IMG/VR virus record: IMGVR_UViG_3300025915_000004
Coordinates: 1 to 64,000 of that record
Length of the DNA stretch: 64,000 bases
DNA from: a virus
Lineage: Duplodnaviria > Caudoviricetes
Strand: one strand, 5' to 3'
The notes below the pieces were generated by a model. It did no database searches and was not told the DNA's origin. It saw only the letters and a list, made by a program, of their open reading frames with translations. Of the stretch, positions 55,264-64,000 are shown in pieces; the first letter of the stretch is position 1, and the number at the start of each line of letters is the position of its first letter. Both the position numbers and the translations under genes were made by a program.

Positions 55264-56238
55264 CTACTGCGGGGCTTCGAGGAAGTGGCACTGGAGCGTG
55301 AGTGTGCTCCAGGTGTTGATGGAGATCGACCCCTGCACGTTGGCGATGTTCGCGATGCGGGCCTGCGGCTGCACGGTGACGGTCTGGCCTTGCAGCGAGG
55401 AGACATTGATGTTGTCGCCGAGGATGCCGGTCGCGTTGTAGCCGGTTGTCGTCGCGCCGGTGCCTGGGTCGCCCATGCCACCCGGCTGGCTGAGGATCGA
55501 CGATCCGATCTTCAGCTGGAGTGCGATGGACACTCCGTAGGTGACGCCGCCGACCGCCGTGGCCGCAACCATGAACACCACTCGCATCGTCACCGCCCAT
55601 GAGGGGATGGCGACGGCGGGGAACGCGGGGCCCCAGTTGCGGTACACGGTCTTGCTGTCCGTCCCGACGACCATCGAGTCCGTGGACACTGGTGTCAGGA
55701 CGTAGAGGTCGTTCTGGCGGATCGGGTTGGCCAGCGCTCGCAGATCGGTGATCATCGCGTTGGTGATCGCCGAGGTGCTGGCCGGGATGTCGATGCGGGC
55801 CAGGGGGATGCCGGTCGTTCCGGCGGGCACGGTCGTCGTGCTGCCCGACACGCCCGAGATGTTCCGTGAATAGATCAGGTTGTTCACGGCGGGGTTCCAG
55901 GTCCACGGGGATCCGCTGAACGTGGGGTCCTCTACGCGGGCGATGATCAGATCGGATCGGGGCGAGCCGCCGGTGGCGGACACCGACACGGTGTCGGTTC
56001 CATTGTTGAAGCCGTAGTAGCTGCCTTGCTGGCCGCCGGAGAGCTCCTGCCCGGCGATGACGCAGGACCCGCCGGCGATGTTGACCCCCGCACCGGGTGT
56101 GCCGAACGCCGTGACCTTCAGGTCGGTCGGAGCCATGATGCCGGACTTCTTCAGAGTGCCGGAGTACAGCTGCTGGCGCCAAACTGTCGCGTCAAGGGTG
56201 TTACCGTCGACAGCCCACAGGCCTTGGACCCACGTCAT
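55264..56238 (-). CDS. Minor tail protein
   Basis: ATG at 56238 (ATGA overlap); RSDLIIARVED, IPLARIDIP. Confidence 0.75.
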   Translation of the reverse strand: MTWVQGLWAVDGNTLDATVWRQQLYSGTLKKSGIMAPTDLKVTAFGTPGAGVNIAGGSCVIAGQELSGGQQGSYYGFNNGTDTVSVSATGGSPRSDLIIARVEDPTFSGSPWTWNPAVNNLIYSRNISGVSGSTTTVPAGTTGIPLARIDIPASTSAITNAMITDLRALANPIRQNDLYVLTPVSTDSMVVGTDSKTVYRNWGPAFPAVAIPSWAVTMRVVFMVAATAVGGVTYGVSIALQLKIGSSILSQPGGMGDPGTGATTTGYNATGILGDNINVSSLQGQTVTVQPQARIANIANVQGSISINTWSTLTLQCHFLEAPQ

Positions 56239-57656
56239 GCGACCGAGCCTCCGATCATCTTGAAAGCATTGCGCCAGGAGACCGTACAGCGCGAGTTCCC
56301 GGTCAGATCCTGCGCCGAGTAGGCGACCGGGACCACCAGTCCGGCGGGGATCATCAGCTGGTCCAGCGAACTGCCGCGCACGACTCCGGACAGGGACGCG
56401 GCGACCGGCGTCGAGCCGTAGGGGTCGGCGCCGATCGAGCTGGTGATTCCGACGTAGCGGTTCCAGGGCACGGTGGAGATGACGGCCGTCTGGTTGGGCG
56501 CCAGTGTCGTCTGCAATGTCAGGGACGCGGATCTGCCCTGGTACTTGATCGAGGGGTTGACGCACGGCCCGGTGATGGTGATCACAGGCCAGGTGTCGGT
56601 GGTGCCGGCGTTCAGGATCGCGCTGGACTGGTACTGGCCCTGGGTGACGATGACGTCGTCCACGTAGAAGCTGACGGCGCCGGAAGCGCCGTAGCTGACG
56701 GAGAGGGACAGCCACGCCGCTCCGGCCGGGGCTGTCTGTGATCCGCCGGCCTGCGCTCCGGTGCCTGTGCTGCTTGTCGTCGCCGTCGCCGAGCCGAAGG
56801 TGACCGGCGAACCGATGGGCGCGAGGGCGCCATTGAGCCACTGGCCGGTCACCGTGGCGGTCCCGCTGCCCGAGCTGACGCGCACGTACAGACTGGCCTG
56901 GTACGACAGTCCGGCGAGCACGGAGAGGTTCACGTACTTGACGACCGCGTTTCCGGCTCCGGTGATTGCGGCTTTCATCGAGTAGGAGCCGGTCAGCGCC
57001 CAGTCCGTCGACTGGCCGAGGGAGGAGATCAGGTTCTGCGCCGTCCAGTTCCCGGTCCAGGGCAGCTCGAAGTCGGAGTCCGCCGCGGCCACCATGTTGT
57101 CGGCGGTCTGCACTGCGGCCAGCGCCACCGGCGGTGTGAGCGGCGGTGCGACGCCGCCTCCGGTGAACGCGAAGGCCGTGCCGACTGTGAAGGACTGGAG
57201 CACGTCGCCGTAGAACGCGTTGTCGGCGCAGTCGAACTCGGCGGTGAAGGGGATGTACCCCTGGGTGATCATTCCGAGGACGGGCGTGCAGTTGCGGCCA
57301 CGGCCGTAGACACGGCGGGTGACCGTGCTGCCCGGATACTTCATCCGCAGCGTGCTGACCGCTCCGGGCGACCACCGTGCGGTCTTGTTCTCCCAGGCGG
57401 CTGCGAAGCTGTCGTAAGCAGCCATCTGCGCCGCTCCGGTGCCGCCCTGCTGGAACGCCTGGCCGGTGAAGGCGATGGCCATGCCGGGCAGCACGTCGAA
57501 GCCGAACCGCCGTCCGTCGTTGTTGACCAGTTGGATGTCCTGGTTCACGCCGGCGCCGGGCTGGATCTCGGTCTTGGCGATGGACACCGTCTGGCCGGCG
57601 CCGAAGACCAGGCCGTCGATCGAGTATTGGCCGGAGGAGAGGACGGGGTCGCTCAT
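56235..57656 (-). CDS. Distal tail protein with an inserted carbohydrate-binding-like module
   Basis: Follows the tape measure (ATGA overlap); WPVITITGPCVNP; DSDFE...GSYSMK...YQASLYVR insert. Confidence 0.75.
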   Translation of the reverse strand: MSDPVLSSGQYSIDGLVFGAGQTVSIAKTEIQPGAGVNQDIQLVNNDGRRFGFDVLPGMAIAFTGQAFQQGGTGAAQMAAYDSFAAAWENKTARWSPGAVSTLRMKYPGSTVTRRVYGRGRNCTPVLGMITQGYIPFTAEFDCADNAFYGDVLQSFTVGTAFAFTGGGVAPPLTPPVALAAVQTADNMVAAADSDFELPWTGNWTAQNLISSLGQSTDWALTGSYSMKAAITGAGNAVVKYVNLSVLAGLSYQASLYVRVSSGSGTATVTGQWLNGALAPIGSPVTFGSATATTSSTGTGAQAGGSQTAPAGAAWLSLSVSYGASGAVSFYVDDVIVTQGQYQSSAILNAGTTDTWPVITITGPCVNPSIKYQGRSASLTLQTTLAPNQTAVISTVPWNRYVGITSSIGADPYGSTPVAASLSGVVRGSSLDQLMIPAGLVVPVAYSAQDLTGNSRCTVSWRNAFKMIGGSVA

Positions 57657-60600
57657 GGGCCTGCCACCGCCGCTTGGAGCTCTAGAAGGCGCAGGGTGCG
57701 GGTCAGTTCGCGCAGTGCGTACGCGGTGTCCCCGGTGCCGTAGTAGGCCGTCTGGTAGGTGCCGATCAGCGGCCGGTCCTTGCCGAGCGCGTCGATGAGC
57801 CTGGAGAGGTCGCTGCGCCGCCCGGTCAGGGATGCCAGCGGTGTGACGCTGACAGCCTCGGGGCCGCGCTCCCCGACTCCGATCATCGTCGGGTGGCTGA
57901 AGACGGCGTTCAGGCCGCTGCCGTACCACCCGTAGGCCAGCTCGTGTGCCCACGCTCCCGAGGGGCTGCCGTAGCGGCCGAGGATGTAGGAGACCATCCA
58001 CATGATCTGTGTGGCCGGATCCGCGGAGCCGCCCGCAGACGGCGGCCAGCCGGCCTTCGGGTACTTGGTGTAGGGCAGCGCCTGCGCGATGCCGTACGCA
58101 CCGGAGGACGGATTCATCGCGGTGTTGGACCAGCCGGACTCGCGTGTCGCGACGTTGTTCCAGTCGAGCCAGGGCTGTCCGACCGACCATGCCGGGTACA
58201 GCCGCTTGGCCAGGGCCGCGTTCGCACCCGTCGCGCCGCCGGCGTACGCGCCGCCGGTGCTGCCCTGAGTGCTGAACTGGCCGCCAAGCAGACCGCTGAA
58301 GAACTTCGACGCCCAGCTGACTGCGCTTCCGATCATCTTCTTCGGAATGCCGGTGAGCATCTGCGCCAGGTCGCCCGACGCGTTCGGGATGCCGATCAGG
58401 TCGGTCAGGGCGCTGGTCAGGGCGCTGGTGTCGCCGGTGATCAGGGACCAGACCACCTTGCCCACGTCGGCGGCTCCGCCGGTGAGGGATCCGACCAGGC
58501 CGCCGTTGGCGTATCCGGGGATGCCGACCGCGGCGAACAGCGGCGCGAGTATGGCCGAGTGCGCGGCCGAGACGACGGTCTCGCCGCGGCTGGCGCGGAT
58601 CAGGACGTCGTCGGACTTCGGTCCCGTACCGGTCAGGATCTTGCCGCCCGCGGCGAAGGTGCCGATGTTCGGCAGGTCGAGCTTGCCCAGGCCGATGGCG
58701 TCCATCACGTCGTTCCAGAACCGGCGGATGCCGTTGTCGTACACGGTGCCGATCAGGAAGTTGACCGGGACTTTGAAGACGTCCTCGACTTTGTTCCACG
58801 CGGTCTTGATCGCATCGACGCCGGTGTCGAACCAGCTCGGCACGGTCTTGGTGATGAAGTCGGCGATCTTGGCTCCGAAGTCCTTCCAGATCCACTGGTA
58901 GAAGTCTGATGCAACCTGCTTGATATCGCCCCAGATCTGCGACCAGTGCTTGTACAGCTCGATAGCGCCGAGGGCGATCAGGCCGACCGGCCCGAGCAGC
59001 GGCAGCAGGAACTTGCCGAAGCCGTTCCAGATGAAGTCCCAGGCATCTTTCGCCCACTGCTTGATATCGCCCCAGATCCGCTGCCAGTGCTCGGCGAGGT
59101 AGCCGATCGCCAGCCCTATCAGGCCGATCGCGGTGGGGATGGGGTCGATGGCCAGCAGCAGCAGCCCGAGGACGGGCAGCAGCAGGTGCGTCGAGTTGAG
59201 CCAGTTGACCACGTTGACGATCAGCTTCGCGATCAACAGCAGCAAGGGGGTGAGCACATTGACGATCCCGACGATCGCGTCTCCCAGGCCGCGCGCCATC
59301 AGGTCCGCCAGATGCTCGATCGTCGGGGTGAGTGCTATCAGGACCTTGAGTAGCGGCGGCAGCAGAGCCATCACGAGCTGGGTCAGCGACGGCAGCAGGG
59401 TCAAGATCGCCTTAGTGAATATCTCTATTCCGGCGTTGATCAGAGCCTGGAAAATCTGAAGCAGCGGCGGTACGAACGGTGCGAGCTGCTTCACCAGCAT
59501 ATTGATAAAGGTGGCGAGGGGTCCGACGACGTTCTCCAGGGCGTCGCCGAGCACCTGGAAGACCCCCGCGTTCTCCAGCACGTTGAAGACGTCGCCGAGC
59601 ACCTTGGAGAGCAGGGCGAAGGACGGTGCCAGGGCGCCGATCAGCTGGACGAGCGGCTGGAGGATGCCGACTAGGTCGGCCAGCACGGCGCCCGCCAGCT
59701 CGGCGAGGATCTTGCCGATGGGGATCAGCACGGGTTCGAGCTGCTTGAGCAGGCCCGCGAACAGCTGGAAGGCGGGAGCCAGGGATGTGGCCATGATCCC
59801 TGCGAGCTGGCCGATGAGCGGCAGGAAGCCGAGCACAAGATCGAGAAGTGCCTTCAGCAGCACGGCCGCCGGCTTCATCACGGGGGCGAAGGCGGCGAAC
59901 ATCTTGCCCAGCTCGGTGCCGACGGTGCCGAGTACACCCTCCAGCGTGCTCAAGATCGGCTGGACGGCCTTGAACATGGCCAGCAGTCCGGGCAGCAGGT
60001 TCTTGAACAGCTGGCCGATGGAGGAGAGGAACGGCTCCATCAGCGGCGCCACGGCGCGGAAGGCCTGGCCGAGCCCTGGCAACACGTCCTTCGCCAGCTC
60101 GGTGATCCCCTTGACGAACGGTTGGATCAAGGTCGCGGCGCCGGCGAACAGCTGGGTCAGCGGCCCGGTCAGACTCTTCATCAGCGCCGGAACCTGGGAG
60201 AATACCTGCTCCAGCGGTTTGAGCAGCGGCTGCGCCGACTTCTGCAATCCGGCTTGCAGCGATCCGAGGGCCTTCTGCGCCGGATCGTAGAGCTGTCCTG
60301 GGCTGTCCTTCGTGCCGATCAGCTGCTTGGCGCCCAGGGCGACCACGCCCGCGCCGACGCCACCGAAGCCGAGCGCCGCCGTCGGGCCCAGCAGCGCGGG
60401 CAAGGCGCCGAGCGCCGAGGCACCGAGGCCGATCTGTGTCGCCCTCTTCGCGGAGAGGCCGAGGATGCCCGGCCCGGCTGCCGATCCCAGCTTGCCGAAG
60501 AAGCTCTTGAACCCCTCGGCGGTCGGCTTCAGCGCCGCTATGACGTCGTCCGCCTTTTTGTTGCTGCCCAGCATCTGAGAGAGCAGTCGGTACAGCAGGC

Positions 60601-61153
60601 TGTTGTTGCTGCTTCCGCCTCCGCCTGCACCGCCAGGACTGGTGAACTGCCCCTTGGCGTTCCTCGGCTGCCCTGAAGACCCGCCGCCGCCCGGAACGGT
60701 GCCTCCCGGACCGACACCCCCAGGACCCGGCGCCGGGCCCGGAGCGGACACCGTGGGACGTTGCTGTGCGGATCCGGGTGCCGGACCGCCCGCCCCGCCT
60801 CCGGCGCTGGGCGTGTTGAACATCTTGCCGAGCAAGCCGCCCTGTGCGGCCTGCTGCGCGGACGGAGAGCCGGTCACGGGGTGCGGAGAGAACAGTGCGT
60901 TCAGAGAGCCCAGGACTGAGCCCTGCGGGCTGGTGCGCAGCCGCATGGCGGCGTCGCGGGAGATCTGCTGGTCCAGGTCCGCGAACATCTTGCGAGCGCG
61001 AGTCATCGACGCGGTGTCGAAGACGGCGGAGATCTTCACGACGTGCTTCTGCGACTCGAAGTCGCGCACCCGCTGCTCGGCCCGGTCCATGTCGCGGTCG
61101 AACTGATCGAGCCGGACGGTCAGGGTGGCTTCGATGGCTCCAGCATCGAACAT
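57653..61153 (-). CDS. Tape measure protein with a C-terminal lytic transglycosylase-like domain
   Basis: MFDAGAIEATL start, long amphipathic repeats, RESGW...NPSSGAYGIAQAL...YILGRYG. Confidence 0.92.
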   Translation of the reverse strand: MFDAGAIEATLTVRLDQFDRDMDRAEQRVRDFESQKHVVKISAVFDTASMTRARKMFADLDQQISRDAAMRLRTSPQGSVLGSLNALFSPHPVTGSPSAQQAAQGGLLGKMFNTPSAGGGAGGPAPGSAQQRPTVSAPGPAPGPGGVGPGGTVPGGGGSSGQPRNAKGQFTSPGGAGGGGSSNNSLLYRLLSQMLGSNKKADDVIAALKPTAEGFKSFFGKLGSAAGPGILGLSAKRATQIGLGASALGALPALLGPTAALGFGGVGAGVVALGAKQLIGTKDSPGQLYDPAQKALGSLQAGLQKSAQPLLKPLEQVFSQVPALMKSLTGPLTQLFAGAATLIQPFVKGITELAKDVLPGLGQAFRAVAPLMEPFLSSIGQLFKNLLPGLLAMFKAVQPILSTLEGVLGTVGTELGKMFAAFAPVMKPAAVLLKALLDLVLGFLPLIGQLAGIMATSLAPAFQLFAGLLKQLEPVLIPIGKILAELAGAVLADLVGILQPLVQLIGALAPSFALLSKVLGDVFNVLENAGVFQVLGDALENVVGPLATFINMLVKQLAPFVPPLLQIFQALINAGIEIFTKAILTLLPSLTQLVMALLPPLLKVLIALTPTIEHLADLMARGLGDAIVGIVNVLTPLLLLIAKLIVNVVNWLNSTHLLLPVLGLLLLAIDPIPTAIGLIGLAIGYLAEHWQRIWGDIKQWAKDAWDFIWNGFGKFLLPLLGPVGLIALGAIELYKHWSQIWGDIKQVASDFYQWIWKDFGAKIADFITKTVPSWFDTGVDAIKTAWNKVEDVFKVPVNFLIGTVYDNGIRRFWNDVMDAIGLGKLDLPNIGTFAAGGKILTGTGPKSDDVLIRASRGETVVSAAHSAILAPLFAAVGIPGYANGGLVGSLTGGAADVGKVVWSLITGDTSALTSALTDLIGIPNASGDLAQMLTGIPKKMIGSAVSWASKFFSGLLGGQFSTQGSTGGAYAGGATGANAALAKRLYPAWSVGQPWLDWNNVATRESGWSNTAMNPSSGAYGIAQALPYTKYPKAGWPPSAGGSADPATQIMWMVSYILGRYGSPSGAWAHELAYGWYGSGLNAVFSHPTMIGVGERGPEAVSVTPLASLTGRRSDLSRLIDALGKDRPLIGTYQTAYYGTGDTAYALRELTRTLRLLELQAAVAGP

Positions 61154-61420
61154 CAGCCGCCGCCACCCTTCCGCGCGTTGCGCGCCGCCTCCAGATCCTT
61201 ACGCATGGCGTTGATGTCCAGCACATCCGCGCCGGTGTCCACGTTCTCCCGGACCGTGGGTCCGACCTGCCCCGACGACTCGCTGAGCGGTGCTGTGTCG
61301 ACACTGAACGGGACTTCTTCGTCCTCGCTCAGCATCTCCAGGTACATCCGCTGGTAGTCCCAGCGCAGTGCGTTCCACTCGGCCGGCCCGATGTTTAGAT
61401 ACCGGCGGACGACATAGAGG
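61153..61420 (-). CDS. Post-chaperone ORF (gpT-like), start undefined
   Basis: Protein-like sequence (VILYVVRRYLNIGPAEWNALRWDYQRMYLE) begins at the chaperone stop in the -1 frame. Confidence 0.5.
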
Positions 61421-61421
61421 A

Positions 61422-61874
61422 TTACCCGGCGGCTGCGGATCGCAGAGGAGTCACTACCGCTACTCCACCGCCGGTCTCGGCTTCCGGGGAAACCACCTCC
61501 TGCTGGAGCCACGCGAAGAACCGGACCCGGATCCGCATCGGCAGGTCGGAGATTTCTTCGGTCGAGGGTCGTCCCGAGCACAGCTTGGAGCAGGCTGCGG
61601 CCATGCCCCGGTACACGTTCAGAAGCTGCTCGGGGTCGTATCCGTCGAGCTGCTGGAAGAACTCCTGCGGGTTGGCCAGGTCCAGTCCGGCCACGTCCCC
61701 GACGATCGCCCCGGCCTCCTTCATCAAGTCGCGCAGATCGGCGATGAAGGAGGTGATCATCTCATCGGAGGGTTCTGCGATCGTCCCCTTGGCGCTCTTG
61801 TGCGGATAGCCCTTCACCGTGGTGAAGTCGTAGTCGAGGGGATCGACTACGGATCCGGCGTCGAATTTGGGCAT
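61422..61874 (-). CDS. Tail assembly chaperone
   Basis: Position before the tape measure; ISDLPMRIRVRFFAWL. Confidence 0.7.
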   Translation of the reverse strand: MPKFDAGSVVDPLDYDFTTVKGYPHKSAKGTIAEPSDEMITSFIADLRDLMKEAGAIVGDVAGLDLANPQEFFQQLDGYDPEQLLNVYRGMAAACSKLCSGRPSTEEISDLPMRIRVRFFAWLQQEVVSPEAETGGGVAVVTPLRSAAAG

Positions 61875-61884
61875 CGTGCGGCTC

Positions 61885-62373
61885 CTACGGCTGGACGGGG
61901 ATCAACTGGTAGGCACGGACCGACAGGTTCGTGATCGTGGTGAATTCGACCACCACGCAGCCTTGTGCCGCCGCGGGAATCGATCCGCCGATCGTGCCCG
62001 TGTACGTCGCGCTCGGATTCTGGATGTTGTAGGTGGCCGGGCTCCACGGGCCGAGATACCCGTACGACGTGGCGCCGAGCGTCACCGTCTCGGTGCTGGC
62101 AGGCGGATAGAGTCCGGTGTTCCCGATGGCGTCTCCGACCAGCACGTTGGTGACCCCGGCACCTGCGGCGCCGCAGTAGTACCACAGGATCACCTGGCCG
62201 TTGTTCGGAACGTAGATGCTGTTGTTCGTGCTCCAGGCCGTGAAGGTGCCGCCCGGCGAGCCGGTGTCGTACCCGGCGGACGGTGCGGTGGGCAGGATGC
62301 CGTTCAACGTCCCGCTCAAGGCGCCTAGCCCGCTGTTGAACGGGACTGCCTGAATTGCCACTCGTCCGGCCAT
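61885..62373 (-). CDS. Beta-rich structural or hypothetical protein
   Basis: ATG at 62373 overlaps the upstream TAA. Confidence 0.65.
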   Translation of the reverse strand: MAGRVAIQAVPFNSGLGALSGTLNGILPTAPSAGYDTGSPGGTFTAWSTNNSIYVPNNGQVILWYYCGAAGAGVTNVLVGDAIGNTGLYPPASTETVTLGATSYGYLGPWSPATYNIQNPSATYTGTIGGSIPAAAQGCVVVEFTTITNLSVRAYQLIPVQP

Positions 62374-62726
62374 TACGCGATCACCCTCCACCAGCGGACT
62401 TCGGTTTGTGTGCCGGGCGATGTGAGCCAATAGAAGTACTTGGCTTGTCCGCCGGACTCGCTCCACCCGTCCGGAACGAGATATGTCCCGGCGGACGGCA
62501 ACAGACTGTCGGTCTCTCCAGGCCAGAGAGTACTTCCTGATCCATCTTCCGGGGGAGTGTCCGACCAGTCGGTATTCGCGTATGGACCGGATGCGGTAAC
62601 GCAGTAGGCGCCGAGGTCCATGACAGTGACGCCGTCCGTCTCGCCACCGGTGATCCATTCTCGCGCGGACACGACCCCGTTCGAGTCGGCGTTCTCGGCG
62701 TCGCTTCGCCACTGGACAGTCGTCAC
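62373..62726 (-). CDS. Hypothetical structural-region protein
   Basis: Operon position. Confidence 0.55.
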   Translation of the reverse strand: MTTVQWRSDAENADSNGVVSAREWITGGETDGVTVMDLGAYCVTASGPYANTDWSDTPPEDGSGSTLWPGETDSLLPSAGTYLVPDGWSESGGQAKYFYWLTSPGTQTEVRWWRVIA

Positions 62727-62727
62727 G

Positions 62728-63138
62728 TCACACTCCCGCGATCATGATGTAGTCCGCTGTGAATTCGAACCGGCGGTCTTCCGGGTCCAGTGGCAGCGGT
62801 TGGGGTCTTGCCGACATTCGGTGCACGTGCTGGATCTGCACACCGTCGATGTTGACCGGGAAGGGTGCGCCGAGGATCAGTGCGTCGAGCTGCTGAGCGG
62901 CTTCCTCGGCGGCCAGGGGGTTGTTGGAGGGGCCGCGGACTCGCGCCTGGAAGCTCCAGCCGTCGGTGGCCGGCTCCTCGGTGGTGTATCCCGGACCTCC
63001 GGTCCCGGTGATGTGTACGATCTTGTCCGGTTCGGACACGATCTCCGGCCCGGCGCGCAGCGGGTATCCCGCCTCTTGCCGGGTGTCCCAACCCAGGGAG
63101 GTGATCCAGTCCATGATGACCTGAGTCTGCGCGGTCAC
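62728..63138 (-). CDS. Tail terminator-like protein
   Basis: GGPGY...FQARVRG...AQQLD...DRRFEFTADY; GTGA overlap. Confidence 0.65.
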   Translation of the reverse strand: MTAQTQVIMDWITSLGWDTRQEAGYPLRAGPEIVSEPDKIVHITGTGGPGYTTEEPATDGWSFQARVRGPSNNPLAAEEAAQQLDALILGAPFPVNIDGVQIQHVHRMSARPQPLPLDPEDRRFEFTADYIMIAGV

Positions 63139-63665
63139 AGCCGCCCTCGCAGTGCGTGCGGCTCGTTCTTGCCGGGGATGCGGACGACCTTGCCGCGGCG
63201 CATGAAGTAGACCGTCAGACCCGCCGCCAGCCGGGCGCGCAGGATGGCGCGGCTCTTGATCCGCAGTTCTTCCTTGGTCAGCCGGTGCACCTTCGGCGAC
63301 CGGTCGTAGATCTCGTGTTCTCCCAGGTGCACCTGCGGATGGCCGGACTTGAGCAGGTCGCCCCACTCGCGTGGCGCTGTGATCTCTACCTGGCCTGACA
63401 GGTGCTCGACCGAACGGCGCATCGCGGCGTGGCCGCCGTCGCGCAGCACGCTGCGCGCGTAGTCGTCCAGGTAATCGCGATAGTTGGCCATCAGCGGCCT
63501 TTGAAGGAACTTCGCCATGCCGCCGCGCGGGTGGTGCAGCTCCAGATGCTCGTGCTGGAAATGGGCGTACACCTGGTCCACGACAACGGTTCCGCGCAAG
63601 TGTCCCTCGCGGCTGCCGGTCATCTCCCGCAGCTGTGCGATCCGCTCGGCGAATGCGGCGGCCAT
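63135..63665 (-). CDS. Head-tail / neck protein
   Basis: VYAHFQHE...AKFLQRPL...TAPREWGDLLKSG. Confidence 0.6.
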   Translation of the reverse strand: MAAAFAERIAQLREMTGSREGHLRGTVVVDQVYAHFQHEHLELHHPRGGMAKFLQRPLMANYRDYLDDYARSVLRDGGHAAMRRSVEHLSGQVEITAPREWGDLLKSGHPQVHLGEHEIYDRSPKVHRLTKEELRIKSRAILRARLAAGLTVYFMRRGKVVRIPGKNEPHALRGRL

Positions 63666-64000
63666 CACTGGTACCAGGCGCTTCCGCCGCCGAACTGCTC
63701 GGCGATGTCGGCCAGGCCCGGCCGCCACATGTCCGAGGGGACGTCCGCCTGCAACGCGCCGGTCATCGGGTTGGTCGCGGTGTTCGAGTCGTCCGGCGTG
63801 AAGACCGGCGGCAGCGGGTTGACGACGTGGCCGGTTTCCTGGCCGACGCCTCCGGGCGCGACGACGTCCAGGCGCAGCTTGCCGTCGCGCACGGCGTTGA
63901 GCAGGGCCTGTGCGTCGTTGTAGCGCAGCCGGACCGGATCGTCCGCCGCCATGGCCTTGCTCTTGCGGTAGGTGACGGTCGCCCAGAACGCCGCCAGGTC
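63665..64000 (-). CDS. Head-tail adaptor-like protein, 5' truncated
   Basis: Frame is open to the window end (DLAAFWATVTYRK...YNDAQALL). Confidence 0.55.
   Translation of the reverse strand, partial: DLAAFWATVTYRKSKAMAADDPVRLRYNDAQALLNAVRDGKLRLDVVAPGGVGQETGHVVNPLPPVFTPDDSNTATNPMTGALQADVPSDMWRPGLADIAEQFGGGSAWYQ

Noticed and set aside
46771-57656. Diversity-generating retroelement or invertible tail cassette
   Set aside because: No reverse transcriptase, no recombinase and no template/variable repeat pair seen by eye.
50655-59057. Apparent giant tail ORFs (1608, 739, 703 and 940 aa)
   Set aside because: Their N-terminal parts overlap the neighbouring real genes; coupled starts at 53966, 55258, 56238 and 57656 explain the layout.
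123-61304. Many long track ORFs, e.g. 123..1838+, 12330..15323+, 33474..35225-, 33614..35701+, 41849..43363-, 59412..61304-
   Set aside because: They are antisense or off-frame shadows of real genes, expected in 70% GC DNA; Arg/Gly/Ala-rich with no motifs.
61885-62726. Apparent absence of a major tail protein before the chaperone
   Set aside because: Some actinophages place it near the capsid gene, which is off-window, and 61885..62373 cannot be excluded; not evidence of a defective phage.
1-64000. tRNA or rRNA genes, inteins, introns, IS elements, base-modification clusters
   Set aside because: None recognised by eye; TerL, PolA and the helicase have normal lengths. tRNAscan and Infernal were not run.

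Overview
This GC-rich window (about 70% by eye) looks like most of one tailed actinobacteriophage genome (siphovirus-like), probably circularly permuted. It starts just downstream of the portal gene and ends inside a head-tail connector gene. The capsid, protease and probably the major tail gene are therefore likely off-window. Minus strand: portal, terminase, three tandem hydrolases, a split cytosine methyltransferase, about 35 small accessory genes and a terminase-small-like gene (0-27.6 kb); a prim-pol / Top6A-like / ATPase replication block (28.6-32.6 kb); and holin-like, tail, tape-measure and connector genes (45-64 kb). Plus strand (32.7-44.9 kb): PolA, RuvC-like resolvase, SNF2 helicase, Cas4-like exonuclease, Sak4-like ATPase, SSB and DUF932-like genes. 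The main result is a terminator-bounded actinomycete-plasmid-type transfer operon inside the phage (GntR/KorA-like regulator, SpdA-like membrane protein, TraB/FtsK translocase, histone-like Zn-finger protein) with clustered 8-bp repeats that could be its cis-acting transfer locus. There is also a plasmid-like origin: 30-31-bp-phased repeats, an AT-rich tract and a stand-alone copy of the replication ATPase's C-terminal winged-helix domain. No integrase or ParAB is recognisable. Together these suggest a conjugative phage-plasmid. A 13-bp motif repeated exactly four times in front of early genes suggests a phage regulon. All protein calls come from motif recognition and gene context; no database search was run.
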